Translations under genes and position numbers: made by a program | Source of the DNA: Acutalibacteraceae bacterium | GTDB lineage: Bacteria > Bacillota > Clostridia > Oscillospirales > Acutalibacteraceae | Assembly (NCBI GenBank): GCA_045637305.1 | Contig: JAZTZD010000077.1 | Location: 1,999 to 65,998, forward strand | Direction of reading: 5' to 3' | DNA: 64,000 nucleotides | Shown here: positions 19,047 to 29,441 of the stretch, in pieces | Numbering within the stretch: position 1 is the first letter of the stretch | Layout: each line of letters opens with the position of its first letter | Notes under the pieces: model-generated | The model's input: the letters and a program-made list of their open reading frames with translations, nothing else | Database searches by the model: none | Told to the model about the DNA's origin: nothing

Positions 19047-20081
19047 ATGAACAACTCTAATTCTATCGTAAAACCCGAAAGAATTCAGAAATGGGACATA
19101 CTGAAATTCTTTATGATATTTCTGGTAGTTCTCGGTCACGCCGCAGATTTTTACACAGCTGAATCTCAGGCGATGAAAATTCTCTTTTTGATTATCTATA
19201 CCGTTCATATGCCCGTTTTCATCTTTGTTTCGGGTCTCTTTTCAAAGAAAACGGTTAACGAAAAAAGATTTGACAAAATGGCGGGTTATCTTGTTTTGTA
19301 TTTCGCATTGAAACTGCTTCCGTTTGCATACAGATTCCCTGAAATGAAATTCCCGGGATTAAGTCTGTTTACGGAAAGCGGTTCACCGTGGTTTATGCTC
19401 GCTCTTTTTGCGTTCAACCTCATTACCGTTGCCGTTAAAAATTTTTCACCGAAATACATTCTGATTTTCAGCATTGTTCTGGCTTGTTTTGCGGGATACG
19501 ATGCAAATATAAACGATTTTCTCGCCCTTTCACGCATAATTGTTTTCTATCCGTTCTTTTATCTCGGTTATTGCTCCGACAGAGCAAAGCTCGAAAAAAT
19601 CTGTTCCGACAAAAAGCTTAAAATTGCCGCCGCGGCAGTTATTGCAATTTTCATTGCAATTGTAATAATCACGAGTGAAGATATTTATTCTTTCCGTGCC
19701 CTGACAACGGGAAGAAGTGTGTATCACCATTTGGGTAAAGTCGGCAGATGGGGATTTCTCCTAAGGCTTGCTTATTATGCGGTTTCAGCACTTATCGGTT
19801 TTGCGGTTATTGTTATCACGCCGTCAAAAACACCGCTTGGTCTTTGTGCAAAACTCGGTCAGAGAACGCTTTCGGTTTATGCCCTGCACTACACCGCGTT
19901 GTTCTTCATTTTTGAAAAATCCGACTATATGAATTTTGTTGCACAGACTATCGGAAAGGGCGAAGAATGGCTGATAATCCCTATTTCGCTTGCCGTCACT
20001 CTGATTTTCTCTGCAAGCATTTTCACAAAGCTTCTTTCAGCGATAATGAACATTCCTGCAAAGAAAAAACACGGCTATTGA
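19047..20081 (+). CDS. Acyltransferase family 3 (membrane O-acetyltransferase)
   Basis: RIQKWDILK..FLVVLGH, HMPVFIFVSG, WFMLALF, LGQRTLSVYALH; multi-TM. Confidence 0.85.
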   Translation: MNNSNSIVKPERIQKWDILKFFMIFLVVLGHAADFYTAESQAMKILFLIIYTVHMPVFIFVSGLFSKKTVNEKRFDKMAGYLVLYFALKLLPFAYRFPEMKFPGLSLFTESGSPWFMLALFAFNLITVAVKNFSPKYILIFSIVLACFAGYDANINDFLALSRIIVFYPFFYLGYCSDRAKLEKICSDKKLKIAAAAVIAIFIAIVIITSEDIYSFRALTTGRSVYHHLGKVGRWGFLLRLAYYAVSALIGFAVIVITPSKTPLGLCAKLGQRTLSVYALHYTALFFIFEKSDYMNFVAQTIGKGEEWLIIPISLAVTLIFSASIFTKLLSAIMNIPAKKKHGY

Positions 20082-20152
20082 TTTTTCGTGTGCGTTATTG
20101 TAATATATAATTCAGGATAAATTCCAAGATTTTTGTAAAGGAATTGCATAAA

Positions 20153-22795
20153 ATGATGAATTTCAGATACAAAGTATCCGTTATCATACCCGTTTATAAC
20201 TGTGCGGAATATCTCGAAGAATGCACGCAGAGTCTCCTTAAACAAACGATGAAAACCGAAGATTTTGAAATAATTTTCGTCAACGACGGTTCAAAGGATG
20301 ACAGCGGTAAAATCTGTGCAGAGCTTGCAAAAAAACATGACAACATCGTTTTTGTTGACAAAGAAAACGGCGGTGTTTCCTCTGCGAGAAACAGAGGCAT
20401 TGAAGAAGCAAACGGAAAATATTTTGTTTTCCTTGATGCGGATGACACCCTTTCTTCGGATACGCTCAGGACCCTTTATGATTTCTTTGAGAAGCACTAT
20501 GAGGAAACCGACCTTGTCACATATAAAATCATTCCTCACAGAGACGGAAAGAAACTTCCGATGCATTACAGATACAGAATTCTCAAGGAATCGGGAATTT
20601 ATAATCTCAACGAGGGTGACAACTGCTACATTGCGCAGTCAACAATGAATATCTGCGTTAAAAACAGAGGAAAGGGCAACAATCTTTTCTTTGATACAAA
20701 GCTTCGTTTCCACGAAGACCAGAAATATATTTTTACAACACTTAAGGACAAGCTGACAATCGGTTATTGCAGCGAGCCCGAATACTGGTATCTGCGCAGA
20801 CCAGGCGGCGCCACAGGCTCAATAAGCAAGGCATATTATATCTTTGAAGACACAATGGAAATGTGGGAAAGCTTTTTCAATCTTTACCCCGAAAATGAAG
20901 TTCCGAAATATCTTCAGGCATTCTATCTTCACGACGTTTCGTGGAAAAGCGTTTCCGATGTGCTTCTCCCCTATCATTATGAAAAAAATGAATTCGACAA
21001 GGCTGTTGAAAGAATCGTGTCTCTCATCAGAAGAATCGATGACGATGTCATTATCAACAGACCCGCAATGGATTTATACCACAAGCATTATCTTCTTCAG
21101 TTAAAAGAAAGTAAAAATGTCACCCTTGACTGCAACGACGACGGTCTTTCGCTTGTTTTTAACGGCGAAGAAATCTACAAGGCAAAAAAGATAACCGCTG
21201 TTGTCAACAGACTGAAAATCACGCACGGCATACTGAAAGCCGATGCTTTCCTCAAATCCCCCGTCTTTATGTATTGCGACGAGCCTGAACTTTATCTTGT
21301 CAGAAACGGCAAGCGGGAAAGACTGAACCTCAGCCATTCAGAATGCGAAAAATACCACGCAGGCATCGAAACCGCTGTTTTCTGGCGATTCAAGCTTGAA
21401 ATCAATCTTGAAGAAACGGAAAAGTTTGAGATTGAAGCGGTTATCAACGGCAAAACATATAAAATCTATTATTACTACGGTGCGGCAGTGCCGTTTTCGC
21501 ACGATAAGAGACTGAAAGCATTTTTCTCGGACGGAAAATGTCTGCGGGAAAAAAGAGGCGTTTTCACCGTAACCAAAAACAAAACCGTTTTCGGACTCAA
21601 TCTTGCACTCCGAGTGCTTATTTATCATTTCTTCTACTATCTCAAAGTAAATCCCAGAATTCTTATCAACCGCTGGATTGGCCTTTTTGCAAGAAAAAGC
21701 AATGCAAGAGAATGGATTTACCTTGACCGCTACGGTGTTTTTGACAATGCCTATGACCAGTTTAAGCACGACATAAAAACCAACGACGGTGTGAAAAGGT
21801 ATTATATTCTGAATGCCTGTGATTGGGACACCCTTGAAGAAAAATTCACTCCCGAAGAGAGAGAGTACGTTGTTAAATTCGGCTCTGTCAAACACAGAAT
21901 GCTTTATTTCTCAAGCGAAAAGCTGATAACTTCTTTCTCAAACCTTTCAAACATCTGTCCTTTCGGTGCGGCGGCATACAGATGGTATACCGACCTGACA
22001 AGACACGAAATCATCTATCTTCAGCACGGAATTCTTCACGCATCGCTCAAAAATATGTATGCAAAAGAACGCTGTGTCATTGATAAGGTTGTTGTTTCGA
22101 GCAATTTTGAAATCGAGAACTTTACAAACAATTACGGCTATGATGACAAAGACCTGATAAAGGCTTGTATGCCCAGATACGACGCAATGGAAATCGGCGG
22201 CAATAAGAAAAACAGAATTGTTTTCTCTCCCTCCTGGAGAAGCAACCTCATCGGTCCGCTTGTCAACAACGAGAGAGAAGAAATGCCCGATGCTTTTCTT
22301 GCTTCGGATTTCTTCAAAGAGGTCAGCGGTTTCCTCAATTCCGAAAGACTTCATATGCTTCTTGAAGAAAATGACCTTTATCTTGATTTCAGAAATCATC
22401 CGATTTTCAAATGCTACAACGGACTTCTTGACATAAAGAACGAAAGAATCTGCACGGACAGTTTTGACACAAACACGGATGAATACCGTCTTATGATAAC
22501 GGACTATTCTTCAATCGTTTTCGATTCGGTTTATATGAATTGTCCCGCAATCTATTTCGTGCCCGACTATGAGCAGTTCAGAGCAGGCGTTTCCCACAAC
22601 TACAGAAAGCTTGACCTGCCGCTTGAAAATGGATTCGGTCCGTTCGCTCAGAATGCCGATGAGCTTCTGGATTTTCTTGAGGAATATGTCCGAAACAACT
22701 TTGAAGCAAAAGAACCCTATGCCTCAAAAATGAAGGATTTCTTCCTTTACAGAGACAACAATTGCTGCGCAAGGGTTTATGAAGCAATTAAATAA
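20153..22795 (+). CDS. Bifunctional GT2 glycosyltransferase / CDP-glycerol glycerophosphotransferase (TagF-like)
   Basis: VSVIIPVYN, VNDGSKD, NGGVSSARN, FLDADD (GT2); YLQHG, PRYD, PSWR, RNHP, ITDYSS (TagF domain). Confidence 0.88.
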   Translation: MMNFRYKVSVIIPVYNCAEYLEECTQSLLKQTMKTEDFEIIFVNDGSKDDSGKICAELAKKHDNIVFVDKENGGVSSARNRGIEEANGKYFVFLDADDTLSSDTLRTLYDFFEKHYEETDLVTYKIIPHRDGKKLPMHYRYRILKESGIYNLNEGDNCYIAQSTMNICVKNRGKGNNLFFDTKLRFHEDQKYIFTTLKDKLTIGYCSEPEYWYLRRPGGATGSISKAYYIFEDTMEMWESFFNLYPENEVPKYLQAFYLHDVSWKSVSDVLLPYHYEKNEFDKAVERIVSLIRRIDDDVIINRPAMDLYHKHYLLQLKESKNVTLDCNDDGLSLVFNGEEIYKAKKITAVVNRLKITHGILKADAFLKSPVFMYCDEPELYLVRNGKRERLNLSHSECEKYHAGIETAVFWRFKLEINLEETEKFEIEAVINGKTYKIYYYYGAAVPFSHDKRLKAFFSDGKCLREKRGVFTVTKNKTVFGLNLALRVLIYHFFYYLKVNPRILINRWIGLFARKSNAREWIYLDRYGVFDNAYDQFKHDIKTNDGVKRYYILNACDWDTLEEKFTPEEREYVVKFGSVKHRMLYFSSEKLITSFSNLSNICPFGAAAYRWYTDLTRHEIIYLQHGILHASLKNMYAKERCVIDKVVVSSNFEIENFTNNYGYDDKDLIKACMPRYDAMEIGGNKKNRIVFSPSWRSNLIGPLVNNEREEMPDAFLASDFFKEVSGFLNSERLHMLLEENDLYLDFRNHPIFKCYNGLLDIKNERICTDSFDTNTDEYRLMITDYSSIVFDSVYMNCPAIYFVPDYEQFRAGVSHNYRKLDLPLENGFGPFAQNADELLDFLEEYVRNNFEAKEPYASKMKDFFLYRDNNCCARVYEAIK

Positions 22796-22801
22796 AAATC
22801 A

Positions 22802-22833
22802 AGAGGATGTTCACCAAAAAGTGAACATCCTCT
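22802..22833. terminator. Bidirectional terminator
   Basis: AGAGGATGTTCAC-caaaaa-GTGAACATCCTCT between convergent genes. Confidence 0.85.
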
Positions 22834-22837
22834 GTTT

Positions 22838-23779
22838 TTATTTATCGTATTTATGGTTTTTGATAACATTCTTCGCAATGTAAATCGGGCGGTTTTTGGT
22901 CTGAATGTAAGTTCTTGCTATATATTCGCCGATTATACCCAGAGCGAGAAGCTGAATTCCTCCGAGCAGAAGAATGAGCGCAACAATAGTTGCATAGCCC
23001 GCAACCGCAATGCCGAAGAAAAGCTTCTGAACAACAACAACGACAAGATATAACATTGATAAAAGCGATGTCAGAAGTCCGACAACCGTTGCCATTCTGA
23101 GCGGTGCAGTTGTGAATGCGAAAATCCCTTCAAGCGCATATTTGAAAAGTTTTGTGAATGACCACGAAGATGTGCCTGTTGCTCTTTCTTCAACCTCATA
23201 GGGAATGAATTTGGTGTTGAATCCGACCCAGGAGAAAAGTCCCTTTGAAAATCGGAAATATTCATCCATTGAAAGCACGGCTTCAACCATAGGTCTTCTG
23301 AAGGTTCTGAAATCGCTTGCGCCCTGAACAAATTCCGTATCCGCAAACTTATTGATAAGCTTATAGAAGCTGTTCTTGAAGAAAACGAGAAGCTTGCTTT
23401 CTTTTCTTTCTTCCTGATAAGCCGCTATGCAATCATATTCAGGCTCGCTGTCGAGCATTTTAACCATATCAAGCGCAATTGAAGGTCTCTGTTGAAGGTC
23501 AGCATCGATTATCGTTACATAATCGCCCTCTGTTTCTTTAAGACCCGCATACATTGCCGATTCTTTGCCGAAATTTCTTGAAAAATTAACTATTTTTACG
23601 GGAATGTCACCGTCGCAGAGCTTCTGAAGCTCCTTGAAGGTTGCGTCCTTGCTTCCGTCATTAACAAAAACTATTTCATAATCGAAATCAACCGATGCAA
23701 AATCTTTTCTGACCGCATCATAAAACAACGAAACGTTCTTTTCTTCGTTATAGCACGGAACAACAAGCGAAAGCTTCAT
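22838..23779 (-). CDS. GT2 polyprenol-phosphate glycosyltransferase (GtrB/CsbB-like)
   Basis: VVPCYNE, VNDGSKD, SRNFGKE, DADLQ, DFR, two C-terminal TM helices, GIIGEY..RPIY. Confidence 0.9.
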   Translation of the reverse strand: MKLSLVVPCYNEEKNVSLFYDAVRKDFASVDFDYEIVFVNDGSKDATFKELQKLCDGDIPVKIVNFSRNFGKESAMYAGLKETEGDYVTIIDADLQQRPSIALDMVKMLDSEPEYDCIAAYQEERKESKLLVFFKNSFYKLINKFADTEFVQGASDFRTFRRPMVEAVLSMDEYFRFSKGLFSWVGFNTKFIPYEVEERATGTSSWSFTKLFKYALEGIFAFTTAPLRMATVVGLLTSLLSMLYLVVVVVQKLFFGIAVAGYATIVALILLLGGIQLLALGIIGEYIARTYIQTKNRPIYIAKNVIKNHKYDK

Positions 23780-23796
23780 AAAAATCCACCTTTAAC

Positions 23797-24942
23797 TCAG
23801 ATTTTTGCCGCTTTTTTAATGTCCTCAACTCTGTCTGTCTTTTCCCAGGGAAGGTCGATGTCTGTTCTGCCGATATGACCGAGAGCCGCAACCTGTCTGT
23901 AGATAGGTCTTCTCAGGTCAAGAGTCTTGATGATACCTGCGGGACTCAGGTCGAACAAATCGTTGACAATTGCAGAAATGTCGGTATCTGCGATTTTGCC
24001 TGTGCCGAATGTATCAACAAAAACAGAAACGGGGTGTTCAACACCGATTGCATAAGCAAGCTCAACCTCACACTTTGATGCAAGACCTGCCGCAACAATG
24101 TTCTTTGCAACATAACGTGCAGCATATGCAGCTGAACGGTCAACCTTTGTGGGGCCTTTGCCGCTGCATGCGCCGCCGCCGTGACGTGCATATCCGGCGT
24201 ATGTATCAACGATAATCTTTCTGCCAGTCAGACCGCTGTCACCCTGAGGGCCGCCTGTTACGAATCTGCCTGTGGGGTTGATGTGATACTTTGTGTTTTC
24301 ATCAAGCATATCTGCGGGAAGAGTTGTTTTGATAACCTTTTCGATGATGTCTGCTCTTATCTGCTCAAGAGTAACATCAGCAGAATGCTGTGAAGAAATA
24401 ACAACGGTGTCGATTCTTACGGGTCTGTGATTCTCGTCGTATTCAACAGTTACCTGGCTCTTACCGTCGGGACGGAGATAGCCGAGAGTGCCGTCTTTGC
24501 GAACTTCTGTAAGCTTTGCGCAAAGCTTATGAGCAAGTGAAATGGGGAGCGGCATAAGCTCGGGCGTTTCGTCGCAAGCAAAGCCGAACATCATACCCTG
24601 ATCGCCCGCACCAAGTTTGTCAACGCCCATTGCGATGTCTCCCGACTGCTTATCGAGAGCAGTCATAACAGCGCAGGTGTTGCAGTCAAAGCCGTACTCA
24701 GCATTATTATAACCGATATCGTTTACAACTTCCCTTACGATTTTGGGAATGTCAAGCTCTGCGGTTGTTGTGATTTCACCCATAACGAGAACCATACCTG
24801 TTGTGCAGCAGGTTTCGCATGCAACTCTGCCCATGGGGTCTTTTGCCATAATCGCATCAAGCACTGCGTCCGAAATCTGGTCGCAGATTTTGTCGGGATG
24901 TCCGCCTGTTACGGATTCCGAAGTGAACAAATAGTTTGCCAT
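23797..24942 (-). CDS. metK: S-adenosylmethionine synthetase (signature motif divergent)
   Basis: [45 protein letters not shown]; start at ATG 24942 (the ORF-track extension runs through the riboswitch). Confidence 0.93.
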   Translation of the reverse strand: MANYLFTSESVTGGHPDKICDQISDAVLDAIMAKDPMGRVACETCCTTGMVLVMGEITTTAELDIPKIVREVVNDIGYNNAEYGFDCNTCAVMTALDKQSGDIAMGVDKLGAGDQGMMFGFACDETPELMPLPISLAHKLCAKLTEVRKDGTLGYLRPDGKSQVTVEYDENHRPVRIDTVVISSQHSADVTLEQIRADIIEKVIKTTLPADMLDENTKYHINPTGRFVTGGPQGDSGLTGRKIIVDTYAGYARHGGGACSGKGPTKVDRSAAYAARYVAKNIVAAGLASKCEVELAYAIGVEHPVSVFVDTFGTGKIADTDISAIVNDLFDLSPAGIIKTLDLRRPIYRQVAALGHIGRTDIDLPWEKTDRVEDIKKAAKI

Positions 24943-24985
24943 ATCTTTTACCTCTTTGTTTTGAATTATCAATAATTCAGTCCTA

Positions 24986-25018
24986 AAAAATAACCCGCTT
25001 GAAGGAGTCTTCAGCGGG
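24986..25018 (-). terminator. Regulatory terminator of the SAM-I riboswitch
   Basis: Reverse strand CCCGCTGAAG-actc-CTTCAAGCGGG followed by TTATTTTT, between aptamer and metK start. Confidence 0.75.
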
Positions 25019-25026
25019 CGAAAACA

Positions 25027-25121
25027 CCTTATTTTCCGGCTTTCGCCGCAGGATTTAGCACCTTGCATAACACAGGTTGCCGGGCTTCACGGGGCCTGTC
25101 CCTCAGCCGCTCTTAATAAGG
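25027..25121 (-). promoter_or_regulatory. SAM-I (S-box) riboswitch
   Basis: Reverse strand CCTTATTAAGAGCGGCTGAGGGACAGGCCCCGTGAAGCCCGGCAACC...AAGGTGCTAAATCC...GAAAATAAGG fits the S-box consensus; lies upstream of metK. Confidence 0.95.
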
Positions 25122-25186
25122 ACATATTCTATTGACAGTTTATTATATAATATATCTCACTCTTTGTCAAGACAATAAGCGACAAA

Positions 25187-25834
25187 TCATTCGATACAGC
25201 CAAAAAGCATCTCGGGTTTATCAATGATAAATTCCGCCTTGTGTTCTTCAAGCACACTGCGATCACGGAATCCCCAGGTTACACCCACACAGGGCAGACC
25301 CGCATTGTGCGCCGTCATACAGTCAACCTCGGAATCGCCGACGTAAACCGCATTTTCCTTTGCTTCGCCAAGCTTTTCAAGTGCAAGCCATACGCCGTCG
25401 GGTTCGGGTTTCTGCGCAACGCCGTCAATCTGACCGATAATAACATCGATTTTATCCCCGAAGAAGCTGCGGATAATTTCAATCGCAGCATCCTGAATTT
25501 TATTTGTAACAACAGCTGTTTTATAGCCCTTTTCCTTGACCTTTGCAAGCAAATCGCAAATACCGTCATAGGGTGCGGTTTTGTTGCGCGAATTGCCCTT
25601 ATAATGCTCCTTGAAGATTGCAAGACAATCTTCGCTTATCTCATCGCTTGTTCCCTCGGGAACGCTCAGATAAACAAGTCTTTTTACTCCGTTACCGACA
25701 AATGAACGGATTTCATCAAGATTTCTCTTGGGAAAATCATATTTTTCAAGCGCAAAATTCACGCTGTCCATCAAATCCTCAAGGGTATCAATCAAAGTAC
25801 CGTCGAGGTCAAAAACAATAGCATTTACTTTCAT
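25187..25834 (-). CDS. HAD-superfamily hydrolase (phosphoglycolate phosphatase-like)
   Basis: FDLDGTL, VTNK, KPEP, YVGDSEVD, GVTWGFR. Confidence 0.9.
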   Translation of the reverse strand: MKVNAIVFDLDGTLIDTLEDLMDSVNFALEKYDFPKRNLDEIRSFVGNGVKRLVYLSVPEGTSDEISEDCLAIFKEHYKGNSRNKTAPYDGICDLLAKVKEKGYKTAVVTNKIQDAAIEIIRSFFGDKIDVIIGQIDGVAQKPEPDGVWLALEKLGEAKENAVYVGDSEVDCMTAHNAGLPCVGVTWGFRDRSVLEEHKAEFIIDKPEMLFGCIE

Positions 25835-25882
25835 ATTCTACTCCCGAAAAGCCGTGCCGCAAACAAGCAGCACGGCTTTCTG

Positions 25883-27046
25883 TCAATCATTTTTAAATTT
25901 ATCAAAAAAGCTGGTCTTTTTCTGACCTGAACCAACGGGCGCGCCTCTCTTGACTCCAAGCTCCTTTTCAAGCTCAACAAGCAAATCTCTCTGCTTCTGA
26001 TTGAGATTTTTCGGAGTGTCAACAATAATGCGCACAAGCTGGTCGCCTCTGCCTCTGCCGTTGAGAATCTGTATTCCCTTGCCCTTAAGGCTGAACACGG
26101 CGCCCGACTGAGTGCCTGCGGGAATATCAAATTTAACATCACCGTCAAGAGTGGGAATTCTGAGATTGTCGCCCAATGCCGCCTGAGTGAAGCTGATATG
26201 CTGCTCAAGCCACACATTATAGCCGTCACGTTCAAAATGCGGATGGGGTCTGACAAAAACAGCAACCTTAAGATCGCCCTTGGGACCGCCGTTTACACCC
26301 GCATTACCTGCGCCGCTGATATTGAACACCTGTCTGTCATCGATACCTGCGGGTATGTTCACATCTACGGTTGAACGGTTTGAAACTCTGCCCGTGCCTC
26401 TGCACTTCTGGCAGGGATTTTCAATCACAGTACCCTTGCCCTGACATTTCGGACAGGATTTCTGCGTTGAAATAACACCGAATGCCGTTCTCTGCTGAAC
26501 ATTGACATAGCCTCTGCCGCCGCAATCCGAACAGGTTTTGGGGGAAGAGCCTGACTTTGCACCGGAGCCGTGGCACTCCGAGCAGGTGTCAACACGGTTA
26601 ACCTCAACCGTGCGCTTACAGCCCTTCGCCGCATCCTCAAAGGAAATGGTGACTCTTGTCTGAATATCCTCGCCTCTTCTGGGACCGTTGGGGTTTGACT
26701 GTCTGCCGCCACCAAAACCACCGCCGAAGAATGAACCGAAAATGTCTCCGAGGTCAAAATCAAATCCGCCGCCACCGAAACCGCCGCCGTAGCCGCCTGC
26801 ACCTGCGCCGTAGTTCGGGTCAACACCTGCGTGACCGAACTGGTCGTAGCGCGCTTTTTTATCGGCATCGGAAAGAACTTCATAGGCTTCGTTGACTTCC
26901 TTGAACTTTGCCTCAGCCTCAGCATTATCGGGATTCAGGTCGGGATGATACTGCTTGGCTTTTTTTCTGTATGCTTTTTTGATTTCGTCGTCCCCCGCAC
27001 CCTTCTGGATGCCGAGGACCTCATAATAATCTCGCTTATCTGCCAC
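25883..27046 (-). CDS. dnaJ: Chaperone DnaJ
   Basis: J domain with HPD, G/F-rich region, four CxxCxGxG repeats. Confidence 0.98.
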   Translation of the reverse strand: MADKRDYYEVLGIQKGAGDDEIKKAYRKKAKQYHPDLNPDNAEAEAKFKEVNEAYEVLSDADKKARYDQFGHAGVDPNYGAGAGGYGGGFGGGGFDFDLGDIFGSFFGGGFGGGRQSNPNGPRRGEDIQTRVTISFEDAAKGCKRTVEVNRVDTCSECHGSGAKSGSSPKTCSDCGGRGYVNVQQRTAFGVISTQKSCPKCQGKGTVIENPCQKCRGTGRVSNRSTVDVNIPAGIDDRQVFNISGAGNAGVNGGPKGDLKVAVFVRPHPHFERDGYNVWLEQHISFTQAALGDNLRIPTLDGDVKFDIPAGTQSGAVFSLKGKGIQILNGRGRGDQLVRIIVDTPKNLNQKQRDLLVELEKELGVKRGAPVGSGQKKTSFFDKFKND

Positions 27047-27066
27047 GGGAATACTCCTTTATATGA

Positions 27067-28887
27067 TTACTGATTGTCGTCAACATCGGTGTAGTTAGCT
27101 TCTGTATAGCCCTGTGCACCTGCAGCATCGCCGCCCTGAGCCTGTGCAGCTTCCTGAGCAGCCTTGTAAAGCTTCTCGGAAACCTCATAGAACTTCTGTG
27201 TAAGCTCTTCCTGCTTTGACTTGATGAGGTTCATATCCTCGCCCTTGAGTGCTTCCTTGAGAGCATCAACTTTCTCGTTGATAGCTGCCTTTTCGTCGTC
27301 GCTGAACTTGTCTCCCTCTTCGCTGAGAAGCTTCTCGCACTGGTAAACCATCTGGTCTGCAGCATTGCGTGTGTCAACATCCTCACGGCGCTGCTTATCT
27401 TCCTGAGCAAAACGTTCTGCCTCTTCAACAGCCTTTTCGATGTCTTCCTTGGACATATTGGTTGATGATGTGATTGAAATTGACTGCTCTTTCTGTGTGC
27501 CGAGATCCTTTGCCGAAACGTGAACAATGCCGTTTGCGTCAATATCAAATGTTACTTCAATCTGAGGAACACCTCTTCTTGCGGGAAGAATTCCGTCAAG
27601 ATGGAACACACCGAGTGTCTTGTTATCTCTTGCGAATTCTCTTTCACCCTGAAGAACGTGAACCTCAACAGAGGGCTGATTGTCAGCAGCAGTTGAGAAA
27701 ATCTGGCTCTTCTTTACGGGGATTGTTGTGTTTCTGTCGATAATCTTTGTGTTGATACCGCCCATTGTTTCGATACCGAGTGAAAGCGGAGTAACGTCAA
27801 GAAGAAGGAGTCCCTTTACGTCGCCGCCGAGAACACCTGCCTGAAGAGCAGCACCCATTGCAACGCATTCGTCGGGATTGATGCCCTTGAAGGGTTCAAC
27901 GCCCATAAACTTCTTGATTGCTTCCTGAACAGCGGGAATTCTTGATGAACCGCCAACCATAAGAACCTTGTCGATTTCGCTTGTCTTGAGACCCGAGTCG
28001 CTCATTGCCTGACGAACGGGAGCCATTGTTGCTTCAACGAGGTCGTTTGTGAGTTCATTGAACTTTGCTCTTGTAAGTGTCATTTCAAGGTGCTTGGGAC
28101 CTGTTGCATCAGCTGTGATGAAGGGAAGGCTGATGTTTGAGGTTGTAACGCCTGAAAGCTCAATCTTTGCCTTTTCTGCTGCTTCCTTAAGTCTCTGCAT
28201 TGCCATCTTGTCGCCGCGAAGGTCGATGCCCTGCTCTGCCTTGAAGCCGTCTGCAAGCCAATCAATAACTCTCTGGTCAAAATCGTCACCGCCGAGACGG
28301 TTGTTACCTGCAGTTGCAAGAACTTCCTGAACACCGTCGCCCATTTCGATGATTGAAACGTCGAATGTACCGCCGCCAAGGTCGTAAACCATAACTTTCT
28401 GGTCTGTTTCCTTGTCAATGCCGTAAGCAAGAGCAGCTCCTGTAGGTTCGTTGATGATTCTCTTAACTTCAAGACCTGCGATTCTGCCTGCGTCCTTTGT
28501 TGCCTGTCTCTGTGAGTCTGTGAAATATGCAGGAACGGTAATAACAGCTTCTGTTACGGTGTCACCGAGATATGCTTCTGCGTCAGCCTTAAGCTTCTGA
28601 AGAATCATAGCTGAAATTTCCTGCGGTGTGTACTTCTTATCGTCGATTGCTACCTTATAATCTGTACCCATCTGTCTCTTGATTGAAGCAACAGTCTTGT
28701 CGGGGTTTGTGATTGCCTGTCTCTTTGCAACCTGACCAACCATTCTCTCACCTGTTTTGCCGAAAGCAACAACAGAGGGAGTTGTTCTTGCGCCTTCTGC
28801 GTTAGCAATAACGACGGGCTCGCCGCCTTCGATAACTGCTACGCATGAGTTTGTTGTACCAAGGTCGATACCGATAATCTTTGCCAT
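27067..28887 (-). CDS. dnaK: Chaperone DnaK
   Basis: [35 protein letters not shown]. Confidence 0.99.
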   Translation of the reverse strand: MAKIIGIDLGTTNSCVAVIEGGEPVVIANAEGARTTPSVVAFGKTGERMVGQVAKRQAITNPDKTVASIKRQMGTDYKVAIDDKKYTPQEISAMILQKLKADAEAYLGDTVTEAVITVPAYFTDSQRQATKDAGRIAGLEVKRIINEPTGAALAYGIDKETDQKVMVYDLGGGTFDVSIIEMGDGVQEVLATAGNNRLGGDDFDQRVIDWLADGFKAEQGIDLRGDKMAMQRLKEAAEKAKIELSGVTTSNISLPFITADATGPKHLEMTLTRAKFNELTNDLVEATMAPVRQAMSDSGLKTSEIDKVLMVGGSSRIPAVQEAIKKFMGVEPFKGINPDECVAMGAALQAGVLGGDVKGLLLLDVTPLSLGIETMGGINTKIIDRNTTIPVKKSQIFSTAADNQPSVEVHVLQGEREFARDNKTLGVFHLDGILPARRGVPQIEVTFDIDANGIVHVSAKDLGTQKEQSISITSSTNMSKEDIEKAVEEAERFAQEDKQRREDVDTRNAADQMVYQCEKLLSEEGDKFSDDEKAAINEKVDALKEALKGEDMNLIKSKQEELTQKFYEVSEKLYKAAQEAAQAQGGDAAGAQGYTEANYTDVDDNQ

Positions 28888-28921
28888 TGTGTGTTTCCTC
28901 CTAATATTTAAAGAAAATTAT

Positions 28922-29428
28922 TTATGAATTTGCAACCTTGACGACTGCTTCTCTGATTACTCTGTCGCCAAGCTTATAGCCTTTTGAAAATACATCTGCG
29001 ATAACGTTTTCACCGAGTGTATCATCCTGAACACTCATTACCGCATTGTGAATATTGGGGTCAAATTCTTCTCCGATTTCACCGAAGCTTTCAACTCCGT
29101 TTTTGGTGAGGATTTCCTTGAACTGATTGAAAATAAGCTCAATTCCCTTTTTGTAATCCTCAAGGTTTGCATCCGCATTGTTTGCCGCTCTGTCGAAGTT
29201 GTCAAGAACGGGAAGCAGTTCTTTATAGACATCAGCCTTTGACGATGAATATATATCCTGCTTTTCTTTGAGCGAGCGCTTACGGAAATTATCGTATTCA
29301 GCGCAAAGTCTTAAAAACTGGTCATTTTTTTCATCGAGTGCTTTCTGCAGCTGTTCTTCTTTTGTTTCAACTGCCGTTTCTTCCTTAACCTCTTCGGTTA
29401 CGGGTGTTTCTTCTTTGTTCTTTTTCAT
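28922..29428 (-). CDS. grpE: Nucleotide exchange factor GrpE
   Basis: LRLCAEYDNFRKR, LLPVLDNF, FDPNIHNA, KGY..GDRVIR; start at ATG 29428. Confidence 0.95.
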   Translation of the reverse strand: MKKNKEETPVTEEVKEETAVETKEEQLQKALDEKNDQFLRLCAEYDNFRKRSLKEKQDIYSSSKADVYKELLPVLDNFDRAANNADANLEDYKKGIELIFNQFKEILTKNGVESFGEIGEEFDPNIHNAVMSVQDDTLGENVIADVFSKGYKLGDRVIREAVVKVANS

Positions 29429-29441
29429 CCTGACTTCCTTT

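Noticed and set aside
24943-25068. N-terminal extension of MetK in the ORF track
   Set aside because: It runs through the SAM riboswitch and terminator; the true start is ATG 24942 with a GAGG RBS. Similar over-extensions were trimmed for malQ, hemW, uppS, pyrH, the M20 hydrolase and glycerate kinase.
28438-28440. Dna[11 protein letters not shown] instead of EPTAAALAYG
   Set aside because: A single conservative one-base change; cannot be told from natural variation or a base-call error. Worth checking only together with the metK reads.
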